Shown here piece after piece: positions 8,508 through 16,804 of a stretch of DNA of 64,000 nucleotides. The position numbers and the translations under genes are program-made. The notes under the pieces were generated by a model that was not told the DNA's origin, ran no database searches, and was given only the letters and a program-made list of their open reading frames with translations. The stretch is from an uncultured bacterium (GTDB lineage: Bacteria > Chloroflexota > UBA5177 > JANWHV01), in the NCBI GenBank assembly GCA_963729625.1, contig CAVSOU010000014.1:5096-69095 (forward strand), given 5' to 3'. How positions within the stretch are numbered: position 1 is the first letter of the stretch; every line of letters starts with the position of its first letter.

Positions 8508-11500
8508 ATGGACCTAACCGCGCGCAGGCTTCGAACCCGGTCAGCCGAGCAAATGCGCTCGGCAGTTCTGGAAAGAGCGCCGCTACTGGCGCTGCGGATG
8601 AAGGGCGGCAGGCCTGCCGGATTCGCCGCCGATGCCGAGGACAACGCAGGGTGGAGCGACGTGACGACGGGCGATCGGTGGGGTGGCAGCGAGGCCTGGG
8701 CCGTCTTCAAGGCGACGTTTCGGGTGCCGGACGCGTGGGCCGGATCCCGGATCCGGCTCCGCCTCGAGCTCGGCGGCCAGGGGATGGCCTACCTCGACGG
8801 CACGGCATGGCAGGGACTGGACGAAAACCACCGGCATGTGACGCTGCCTTCGTCGCTCGTCGACGGTAAGGAACACGTGCTGTTGGTAGAAGCATATGCC
8901 ATGGGCGAGACTACCGCACCTCGCGCGCACGGGACCACATGCGCGGTCGGCGAGTGCAGCCTGGAGTGCGTGAGCGATGAGGCGGAAGCACTCGCATACG
9001 ATCTTCTTCTGGGGGCCGACACGGTACGCAGCCTTCCTCCGGAGCACCCGGCTCGCCAACCTCTTGAGGACCTGTTGCTTGAGTGCGAGCGTGGCGTCGA
9101 CCGCCGCAAGCCGGGCAGTGACACGTTCTTCACCAGTGTGCGCGAAGCTCGTGCCGTTCTGGCTGCCGGTCTGCCCGAGCTCGCGCATGCGTTTGGCGTG
9201 TGCGCCACAGCGCTGGCCATGGGGCACGCGCACATCGACACAGCATGGCTGTGGACGTTAGGTCAGACGCGAAGAAAGGTCGCGCGATCCTGGTCCACTG
9301 CCCTGCGGTTGATGGAGCAGTATCCTGACTTCCACTTTCTCGCCAGTCAGTCCCAGCAGTACAAGTGGATTGAAGAGGACGAGCCCGCGCTTTACCGGGA
9401 GATTCTTGCCCGGGTGCGCGAGGGGCGCTGGGAGCCGGCCGCGGCAATGTGGGTCGAACCGGACGTGAACCTTACCTCGGGCGAGTCGCTGGTGCGCCAA
9501 CTCCTGCACGGCCAGCGCGACTCACTGGCGCGTTTCGGCGCGCGGTGCGAGTATCTCTGGCTGCCGGACACGTTCGGCTATAGCGCGGCGCTGCCTGGTC
9601 TGATGCGCAGCGCGGGCGTGATCGCCTTCGTAACCAGCAAGCTGTCCTGGAACACCACGAATCGGATGCCGCACGACACATTTCGCTGGCGCGGTCTCGA
9701 CGGTTCAGAGGTGCTGGCATTCTTCATCACGGCCGGAATCGACCCACGAGCCGAAACGTGGATCACGGATCCCGATAATCCGTTGATCGGGATTGCCACC
9801 TACAACGGCCACTTTACCGCCCACGAAGTGAGCAGCGCGTGGCAGCGCTACAGGGACAAGGCCCGCAACGACACGGTACTCTATCCGTTCGGCTGGGGTG
9901 ACGGCGGCGGCGGTCCCACGGAACAGATGCTCGAGATGGCGGCTCGCATGCGCGCGTATCCTGGACTGCCGGCAGTGAGGCAGGGCTCGGCGGGAGCATT
10001 CCTGAAGCGACTGCACGAACGCGCGATCGACGATCCCCGCACTCCCGTGTGGGATGGCGAGATGTATCTCGAATACCATCGCGGCGTGTACACCAGTCAG
10101 GCTGGGGTCAAAGCAGGCAATCGCAGGTGCGAGCACGATCTGCATGATGCCGAGCTCTGGGTGAGCTGGGCCGCCGCTCGCGGTGCCGCCGTGGCGGACT
10201 GGCAGGCCCGCCTCGGCGAGGCGTGGGAGCTCCTGCTGGTGAACCAGTTTCACGACATCCTGCCCGGCTCGTCAATAGGCGACGTCTACGTGGACCAGGC
10301 GCACGACCACGCTTGCATACAGGAGCTGGCCGCCGATGTGGGGCAGCAGGCGCAGGCGGTCCTGGCTGAACAGGTCGAAGGTCCGGACGGTGCCCTGGTG
10401 CTGTTCAATAGCACGCCCTGGCCGCGCGCGGATGTCGAGGTCGATGCGGCTGAGTTGCATGACGTTTCGCCTTGCGGCCTCGACGGCAGCCCGCTGCCTG
10501 TACAGCGGGCCACGAATCTGGATGGGCGAGAACGAGTGCTCGTCGGTGGTCTTCAGCTGCCGCCAATGGGCTATCAGGTGGTCGGTCTGGGCGCGACTAG
10601 GTCGAGCAGGGAAGACGGCGCGCTGGTGGCCGGCGAACAGCACCTCGAGAACCAATTCTTCACTTTGACGCTCGATCAGGCAGGCAGAATCTCGCGCCTG
10701 TACGACAAGAGGTTCGATCGCGATGTCCTGCTTCCCCACGGTGGGGGAAACCGCCTGATCGCGTTCGAAGACAAGCCGATGGACTTCGATGCGTGGGACA
10801 TCGATGCGCACTATGTCGAGAAGTTCTGGGACATTGACGAGCTCAGCGATCTGAGGGTGGTCGAGCGCGGGCCGCTGCGAGCTGGCGTGGAGCTGCGGCG
10901 GTCTTGGGACGGCTCCACAATCACGCAGCGCGTTTTGCTGCACAAGGATATCGCCAGAATTGACTTTCAGACCAGTATCATGTGGCATCACCAGCAGGTG
11001 CTGCTGAAAGCAGCATTCCCACTCAACGTCCGCGCCACACATGCGCGGTACGAGTGCGCGTTTGGCTGGGTTGAGCGGCCGACCCATCGCAACACGAGCT
11101 GGGATGCCGCGCGATTCGAGGTCGCAGGCCATCGATGGGCAGACCTGTCTGAGGCAGACTACGGGGTCAGTCTGCTCAACGACGCAAAGTACGGCTACGA
11201 TTGCCTCGACTCAACGCTCCGGTTGACGCTGCTCAAGTCGGGTATCTACCCGGATCCATCGGCAGACCAGGGCGCTCACTATTTCAGTTATGCCCTTTTG
11301 CCGCACGGAGCCGGCTGGATGGTTTCGGACACGGTGCAGGCTGCCTACGGGCTGAATCTGCCGGTCTCCGCGCGTCTGCGCAGGGGCTCTGTGGGCGGCC
11401 TGCCCGCAACGCAGTCGCTGGTCAGCACAAACAGCCGGCATGCCGTGGTCGATACGGTGAAGCCGGCCGAGGACGGCGACGGCATCGTCGTGCGAGTGTA

Positions 11501-11684
11501 CGATTGCGCAGGCGGTCGGGAACGCACGACGCTGACATTCGCAACGACAATCGAGGCTGCAGAATCGGTCAATATCCTGGAAGACGTTGAAGACGGTACG
11601 GCTCGTCCTCACTGCGAAGGCAATTCACTCACCTTCGACCTGGGACCGTTTTCCGTTCGCTCGTTCCGCGTTCACCTGGCGTAG
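8508..11684 (+). CDS. Glycoside hydrolase family 38 alpha-mannosidase
   Basis: The 1058-aa ORF follows a GGAGAGGGAG RBS. GH38 hallmarks are present: GHAHIDTAWLW, WLPDTFGYS and NQFHDILPGSSI, plus a long C-terminal beta-sandwich region. Confidence 0.9.
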   Translation: MDLTARRLRTRSAEQMRSAVLERAPLLALRMKGGRPAGFAADAEDNAGWSDVTTGDRWGGSEAWAVFKATFRVPDAWAGSRIRLRLELGGQGMAYLDGTAWQGLDENHRHVTLPSSLVDGKEHVLLVEAYAMGETTAPRAHGTTCAVGECSLECVSDEAEALAYDLLLGADTVRSLPPEHPARQPLEDLLLECERGVDRRKPGSDTFFTSVREARAVLAAGLPELAHAFGVCATALAMGHAHIDTAWLWTLGQTRRKVARSWSTALRLMEQYPDFHFLASQSQQYKWIEEDEPALYREILARVREGRWEPAAAMWVEPDVNLTSGESLVRQLLHGQRDSLARFGARCEYLWLPDTFGYSAALPGLMRSAGVIAFVTSKLSWNTTNRMPHDTFRWRGLDGSEVLAFFITAGIDPRAETWITDPDNPLIGIATYNGHFTAHEVSSAWQRYRDKARNDTVLYPFGWGDGGGGPTEQMLEMAARMRAYPGLPAVRQGSAGAFLKRLHERAIDDPRTPVWDGEMYLEYHRGVYTSQAGVKAGNRRCEHDLHDAELWVSWAAARGAAVADWQARLGEAWELLLVNQFHDILPGSSIGDVYVDQAHDHACIQELAADVGQQAQAVLAEQVEGPDGALVLFNSTPWPRADVEVDAAELHDVSPCGLDGSPLPVQRATNLDGRERVLVGGLQLPPMGYQVVGLGATRSSREDGALVAGEQHLENQFFTLTLDQAGRISRLYDKRFDRDVLLPHGGGNRLIAFEDKPMDFDAWDIDAHYVEKFWDIDELSDLRVVERGPLRAGVELRRSWDGSTITQRVLLHKDIARIDFQTSIMWHHQQVLLKAAFPLNVRATHARYECAFGWVERPTHRNTSWDAARFEVAGHRWADLSEADYGVSLLNDAKYGYDCLDSTLRLTLLKSGIYPDPSADQGAHYFSYALLPHGAGWMVSDTVQAAYGLNLPVSARLRRGSVGGLPATQSLVSTNSRHAVVDTVKPAEDGDGIVVRVYDCAGGRERTTLTFATTIEAAESVNILEDVEDGTARPHCEGNSLTFDLGPFSVRSFRVHLA

Positions 11685-11712
11685 GGTCCCGCCGGGAAGG
11701 GGGAGGGCGCGC

Positions 11713-11742
11713 CGGCAGGGCCTCAACTGCGAGGCCCTGCCG
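11713..11742 (+). terminator. Perfect 12-bp stem-loop (CGGCAGGGCCTC-aactgc-GAGGCCCTGCCG) downstream of GH38
   Basis: Read directly, about 30 nt after the stop codon. There is no U-tract, as is often the case for high-GC genomes. Confidence 0.5.
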
Positions 11743-12422
11743 CGGCGTGCCCGCACCGCGCAAGCGCAGTGCGGTGCGTGTGGGGAGTTGTTGACGGCCT
11801 TCGGATTGCCGGAGTACGCGTCAATCCACCGGATCGCCCAGGCGGACCTGACGTCGCAAAGTGGCCAACTGCATGAACAGGTAAGAGAGCGAGTGATACG
11901 GGCACCTGTCGCACGTAGCCTCGGTCACCTGAACGCGAGATCGATTGTGCGAGCGCAGGACGGGCGATTCCGTGCCACGCGACTCGTGTGAGGACTCGTC
12001 GAGCCTCCTTTCCATGAGCTGTCTGACGCCCTCGCGCTTGCTCGTCCGGCGCCTTCGTCGCCAGAGAGCGTCAGCCGTGTGCAAGGCGCATATGGGCTTG
12101 TGTGTGGTGGTATGATGGTGCAAGCGACAGAGCACGATGCCGCCCGTTAGTCGGCGCAGCGCATGCTCGTGTGGCGTCGCCGTAGGGTCCATTCGCAGGC
12201 CCTATACCAGTGCCGTGCCTCGAGACGGCATGACGGGCAGGTTGACTTCGGCTGCTCGCTGATTCGCGACTGTCCGCAGGATGTCATCGCCGGCCACCCT
12301 GCGATTCCAGGCGCCCTCATTCCAGATTCTGCACGCAAGCCCACCCGACGTGTTGTCGCATGGTTCCGGCTCGTCGGCACGCACCCAGGCAGCGGCTCGT
12401 CAGCTCAGTGTGGCCGGGCGCA

Positions 12423-12560
12423 GACCAGGCGTGACGAGTCTCGGCCGGATGCGTGTACGACTGGTCCGGCGCATGTCGCGGAAGGCGAGCCCGCTATGCG
12501 CCCAGTAGACCAAGGAGAATTCGCATGAAGCGACACCATTTGGCGTTCCTGAGCGATCTG
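12423..12560 (+). repeat. 138-bp leader cassette, copy A (5' UTR + RBS + first 12 codons MKRHHLAFLSDL)
   Basis: Aligns without gaps to 16560-16697 with roughly 9 mismatches by hand alignment. Confidence 0.85.
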
Positions 12561-14108
12561 CGGCGCGTGACCCTCGCGTCCGTCCTCTGCGTTACACTTG
12601 CCAGCACCGCACTGACGGTACACGCGCAGGGCCTTACTCCAACCGCCCTGTCATTGGCTGCCGCTGCACCGGCACCTACCGCGACGACCACAGCGCCGCC
12701 CACGAGCACGTCCCTGCTCACCGGCAGCGTGACACCAATGCCGCCGACCAGTAGCCCAACCCCGCCGCCGAACTCTACGGCCGTGCTCCCAACTTCGACG
12801 ACCACGGCAGTGCCGTCAACTACTCACACGGCGACACCTTCTCCAGCAGCAACTCCGCGCCCGTGTTCGACCGGCACGATGGCGGCGCTGCTGCGCTGTA
12901 TCGAGCCAAGCATGCTGCGCGTGGCTGCGCGAGGCGCAGGTGGCACTCGTTCCGGCACGGCCTTTGTGGTGCGCGCGGACTCGTCTGGCTCCTACGCGCT
13001 GGTCACCGACAGTGTGGTCCAAGGCATCAGTCCCGGTCGTATTACCTTGACTTCTCTTGACGGCAAGGCGCACTATGCCGTGACCACTGTGCGAGCGATG
13101 CACGCACGAGGCGGTGGCACTGCTGACCTGGCGCTGCTTCGCCTCTTCCCGGCTCACATGGTAGCGCTTGCCTGGGGCAACTCCACGCAGCTGAAAGTCG
13201 GCCAGGCGGTGGTCAGCCTCTCCGCCGGCCAAGCTGGCGCGGCGCCCAGCGTCGTGGTGGACACCATCTCTGCCCTGCACTGCGACCGCGGCGACGGCCT
13301 GGGGCGCTTCTGGATCCGGCATGGCGCCCTTACGGCGAAGAGCGCGCCGGGCGGGCTGCTACTTGCCCGGGACGGAAGCGTCGTCGGACTCAACGTGCAG
13401 CAGACCGCCGGCACGGGGCTTTTCGCTATCCCGGCTGCCAGCCTCAAGGCTGCGGTTACTTCGATGTTCACAGTCATCCAGGCCCAGCTGCCCACGGCGT
13501 CGCCGACACCAACGGTCCCGCCGTCCGCCACGGCCTCGCCCTCGGCGACCGCCACGGCGATTCCGACCGCTACTCTACCGCCGACGGCGACGGCGACGAC
13601 ACCGCCCGCGGCGACGGCGACGACACCGCCCACGGCGACGGCCAGTGCTACTGCCACTGCGGAGACCACCACCTTCGCCGCCAGCGGGTACACCATTCAG
13701 CTGCCTGCAGGGTGGGCGTCTACCAACGTCGGTACGACGCTCGGGTTCCGAAGTGCGGACAACCTGGTCACACTACTGGCCGGAGTCTTTGCCAGCTCGC
13801 CGGGTTACGCGCAGAGCGACATTTGCCAAACATTAGCGAACAGCGTGGCAGAAGCAGTCATCGATTTCGCCAATCAAGGCATGCAATTCACCGCGATGAG
13901 CAATTGCCAACCACAGTCCATCGGGTTGTTGTCCGGCTACGGCCTCACGTTCACCTACACCAAGTCGGGAGTGGCCTGGACCACCTTCATCGGCCGCGGG
14001 ACGGATGGCACCCACAACATAGACGTCTCGTACAGCTATCCCGCAACGACACCTGACGCAGAGATTCAACTGGCAGCTGCGATGACTGCATCGATACGAA
14101 TCACATAG
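12525..14108 (+). CDS. Secreted modular protein P1: signal peptide, PT-rich linker, degenerate trypsin-like (S1C-like) domain, PT/A linker, ~145-aa C-terminal module
   Basis: ATG 12525 follows AAGGAG at 12512-12517. The signal peptide reads MKRHHLAFLSDLRRVTLASVLCVTLASTALTVHAQG. Trypsin_2-like blocks GTAFVV...LVTDSVV...DLALLRL...KSAPGGLLLARDGSVVGLN are present. The C-terminal block begins GYTIQLPAGW. Confidence 0.8.
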   Translation: MKRHHLAFLSDLRRVTLASVLCVTLASTALTVHAQGLTPTALSLAAAAPAPTATTTAPPTSTSLLTGSVTPMPPTSSPTPPPNSTAVLPTSTTTAVPSTTHTATPSPAATPRPCSTGTMAALLRCIEPSMLRVAARGAGGTRSGTAFVVRADSSGSYALVTDSVVQGISPGRITLTSLDGKAHYAVTTVRAMHARGGGTADLALLRLFPAHMVALAWGNSTQLKVGQAVVSLSAGQAGAAPSVVVDTISALHCDRGDGLGRFWIRHGALTAKSAPGGLLLARDGSVVGLNVQQTAGTGLFAIPAASLKAAVTSMFTVIQAQLPTASPTPTVPPSATASPSATATAIPTATLPPTATATTPPAATATTPPTATASATATAETTTFAASGYTIQLPAGWASTNVGTTLGFRSADNLVTLLAGVFASSPGYAQSDICQTLANSVAEAVIDFANQGMQFTAMSNCQPQSIGLLSGYGLTFTYTKSGVAWTTFIGRGTDGTHNIDVSYSYPATTPDAEIQLAAAMTASIRIT

Positions 14109-14789
14109 CGTGCACGGGCCAGGGCAGATGGGACGGTTCGAGCGGGGACGGTAGGAAATCGTCAGCGCCGTGCCGCGGGAAAGCACGGCTCGCGCAACGA
14201 ACCTGGAGGTAGGCTGACGTCGTGACTGGTCTCAGCAGGTACTCGCCGGCCGCGTATCGACGCTGATCACACCCGTTCCTCTCGCCGTCCAGGTTGCCGC
14301 CGGCCTATCCGTGCTCGCGTCGAGTGTTTCTGCTTTGGCATCGCGCCGGCAAAGGGGTAGGTTGCCGTGCCGCGATCGGCATGGTGAGGGAAGCTCGAGG
14401 ATGAACGGCATTGCGGAAGGCTACGGCCACTGCGGAGAGCGGCTGTTCGCCATCGCGACCCAAGCCCTGGTTGTGGCTGCGGCTCCAATTGGCTCGTTGC
14501 AGTTCAGGGGGCTCCGCGGCCCCGGATGAGAGTTCCGTACAGTGTTAGGCCTGTCGGTGAGAGTGCTTCGACCGCTAGTCTGGGCGTGCGGGTGGGGTGG
14601 ACATCCTCGACGACCGCCCTCCAATCCCGCAGATTCTGGGGAGCGCGGACATGAGTGCTGCCACGATGGACGACCACCGGCCGGAGGGCGGTTCAGCTGA
14701 CTGTGTGGCGACGACCTCACCGCGCGAGCATTTCGGGGCAACCTCGGGATCGTGCGCTTGAGGCGCCGTGCAGTTGAAAGGAGTTCACC

Positions 14790-16523
14790 ATGCGTCGCGT
14801 ACTTGCTCTGCTGCTATTGACCTTCGTGTTACCGCCACCGCTGGCTCTTGCGGCCGTGTCTCCGGCGTCGCGCAACCTCGCATTGTCCGGATCTTCTGCC
14901 GGTCACTCGGCAGGAGGTGAGGTCCTGTCTGCCCCGCTGACGTCGGCAGCCCACACCGCGGGATCTCAACCCGGGTCTGAAGGCAGCGCTGCCAGTGTCA
15001 CTACAGCCACTGTGACTGTCACGCCAACAACCACGATCACGGCTGCGGCCACGATCATGCCGACGTCCACCATCACGCCGACGGCCACTGCCTCGCCGCA
15101 ACCCCTGTTCATCGTGCTCAACGATCCCAAGGGCGTGAAGGGTACCCAGGCTCTCGGCATCAACGCGCAGGGGGATATCGTGGGGACCTACACGGATCGC
15201 GCGGGCGTCTGCCACGGGTTCCTGCGGCATCAAGGACGCTATACCACCGTCGATGATCCGAAGGGCGCGCTGGGCACCCGAGCCCTTGGCATCAACCCGC
15301 AGGGAGATATCGTAGGCTACTATGTCGACCGCTCCGGTACTGACCACGGGTTCCTGCGGCACCAGGGACGCTACACGCCCATCGACGACCCCAAGGGCGT
15401 GCAGGGCACCCAGGCCTTGGGCGTCAACGCACAGGGCGATATCGTGGGGTACTTCCTCGATAGCGCCGGCACCAGCCACGAGTTTCTGCGGCGCCTGGAC
15501 CGTTATACCACCGTTGGTACTCCAAAGCCCTGGCAGGGCGCCGTTGCCGTGGGCATCAACGTGCAGGCCGATATCGTGGGAACCTACACCGACAGTGCCG
15601 GCCTCGCCCACGGGTTCCTGCAGCACCTGGGTCGTTACACGACCATCGACGACCCCAACGGTGTAAAGGGCACCGATCCCTTTGGAGTCAACACGCAGGG
15701 GGATATCGTGGGTTACTACGTCGACAGCGCCGGCACCGATCACGGGTTCGTGCGGCACAAGGGCGCCTTCACCACGATCGATGTTCCCAGCGGCGTGAAG
15801 GGCAGCCAGGCTTCGGGCATCAACCCCCAGGGGGACATCGTGGGGGGATACACAGATCGGGCCGGCATCGGGCATGGGTTTCTGCTGCGCGCGGCCACCG
15901 CTACCCCCACGGCCACTGTGACAGCCACGCCGACGGGCACCGCGACGGCCACGCCCTCGCCGACTGTCACTGCCACAGCAACCGCCTCGCCGACCTTCAC
16001 CGCGACGAGCACCGCCTCGCCGAGTGCCACCGTTGCTCCTTCCGCGACCGCGACCATACCGCCGAGCCCAACGGCAACCGCTACCACGATGACCCCGCCT
16101 ACAACCATCTACAGCGGATCGGGTTTCAACGCGACGGTACCCCCCGGCTGGGTCTCCGCGCCCAATCCCAATGGCTACATGGGCTTCTCAAGCCCGGACA
16201 GCTTCGCCTACGTGGGAGTCCTGGTGCAAGCCGTGCCGAGCGGATTCACCTCGGACGAGATCCCGGTGCTGCTCCTCGTGGCGGCCTTGCAGACAGGCGC
16301 CCATATCACCGGCACGGACCAGCCAGTCACCATAGGCTCGCTGGCAGGCGACTCATTGGCGTGCACTTCCTCAGATGGATCAGTCGCCTTCACGCTCTAT
16401 CTGGTGACCGACGGCGTGCATGCACTTATCCTCCAGAGCAATTCCATGCCGTCCGCGACGCCGGCCGACATTCAGGAGGCCGCTCAGCTGGTCGCTTCGA
16501 TCACGCCCAACAACAACATTTGA
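14790..16523 (+). CDS. Secreted modular protein P2: signal peptide, TA/PT linker, six 44-aa HAF-like repeats, PT linker, shared C-terminal module
   Basis: ATG 14790 follows AAAGGAG. The signal peptide reads MRRVLALLLLTFVLPPPLALA. The repeat unit is DDPKG-x-GT-x-A-x-GIN-x-QGDIVG-Y-x-D-x-x-G-x-x-HGFL-x-H-x-G-x-YTTI. The C-terminal block begins GFNATVPPGW. Confidence 0.85.
   Translation: MRRVLALLLLTFVLPPPLALAAVSPASRNLALSGSSAGHSAGGEVLSAPLTSAAHTAGSQPGSEGSAASVTTATVTVTPTTTITAAATIMPTSTITPTATASPQPLFIVLNDPKGVKGTQALGINAQGDIVGTYTDRAGVCHGFLRHQGRYTTVDDPKGALGTRALGINPQGDIVGYYVDRSGTDHGFLRHQGRYTPIDDPKGVQGTQALGVNAQGDIVGYFLDSAGTSHEFLRRLDRYTTVGTPKPWQGAVAVGINVQADIVGTYTDSAGLAHGFLQHLGRYTTIDDPNGVKGTDPFGVNTQGDIVGYYVDSAGTDHGFVRHKGAFTTIDVPSGVKGSQASGINPQGDIVGGYTDRAGIGHGFLLRAATATPTATVTATPTGTATATPSPTVTATATASPTFTATSTASPSATVAPSATATIPPSPTATATTMTPPTTIYSGSGFNATVPPGWVSAPNPNGYMGFSSPDSFAYVGVLVQAVPSGFTSDEIPVLLLVAALQTGAHITGTDQPVTIGSLAGDSLACTSSDGSVAFTLYLVTDGVHALILQSNSMPSATPADIQEAAQLVASITPNNNI
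15120..15890 (+). repeat. Tandem in-frame array of six 132-bp (44-aa) HAF-like repeats
   Basis: The periodicity was read directly in the translation of 14790..16523. Confidence 0.85.
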
Positions 16524-16559
16524 TGTGTTACCTCAGGGCACAGCAGCAGCGAAGGCACG

Positions 16560-16697
16560 GACCAGGCGTGACGAGTCTCGGCCGGATGCGTGTACGGCTG
16601 ATCCAGCACATGTCGCGGAAGGCGAGCCCGCTATGCGCCCAGCAAACCAAGGAGAATGCACATGAAGCGACACCATTTGGCGTTCCTGAGCGATCTG
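16560..16697 (+). repeat. 138-bp leader cassette, copy B (followed by a truncated 42-codon ORF 16663-16791)
   Basis: Copy of 12423-12560. After codon 12 the ORF diverges (MKRHHLAFLSDL|MVGWACREQ...) and stops 14 nt before the P3 start. Confidence 0.85.
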
Positions 16698-16804
16698 ATG
16701 GTCGGCTGGGCCTGCAGAGAGCAACTGGTGAAACCGGCCACGACCGTCGTCGTGTGTCGGTTTCTTGTGGCCGGCGAAGACGCAATGTAGGTGGGAGACA
16801 TCTG

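Noticed and set aside
11821-12384. Minus-strand fragments with Cys/His clusters reminiscent of an HNH or zinc-ribbon nuclease (CGQ...CPSC; HEHALRRLTGG..LCRLHHH...H).
   Set aside because: The motif spacing does not fit the HNH consensus. Three frames would be needed to join the pieces, and no RBS or start is evident. The stretch is kept only as 'possible gene debris' in a finding, not as a feature.
14829-15875. Long antisense ORFs (348 aa at 14829-15875; also 422 aa at 20240-21508 and 234 aa at 19103-19807) opposite the repeat genes.
   Set aside because: They are shadow ORFs created by in-frame periodic repeats in high-GC DNA. Their translations are Arg/Gly/Ala/Asp-rich with the same periodicity and have no RBS or recognisable motif. 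The sense strand has signal peptides, RBSs and coherent domains.
16361-16804. An N-terminal extension of the 809-aa ORF upstream of ATG 16805.
   Set aside because: It overlaps the 3' end of P2 and the leader-cassette copy. The translation is Arg-rich and non-protein-like, whereas ATG 16805 has an RBS and starts a clear signal peptide.
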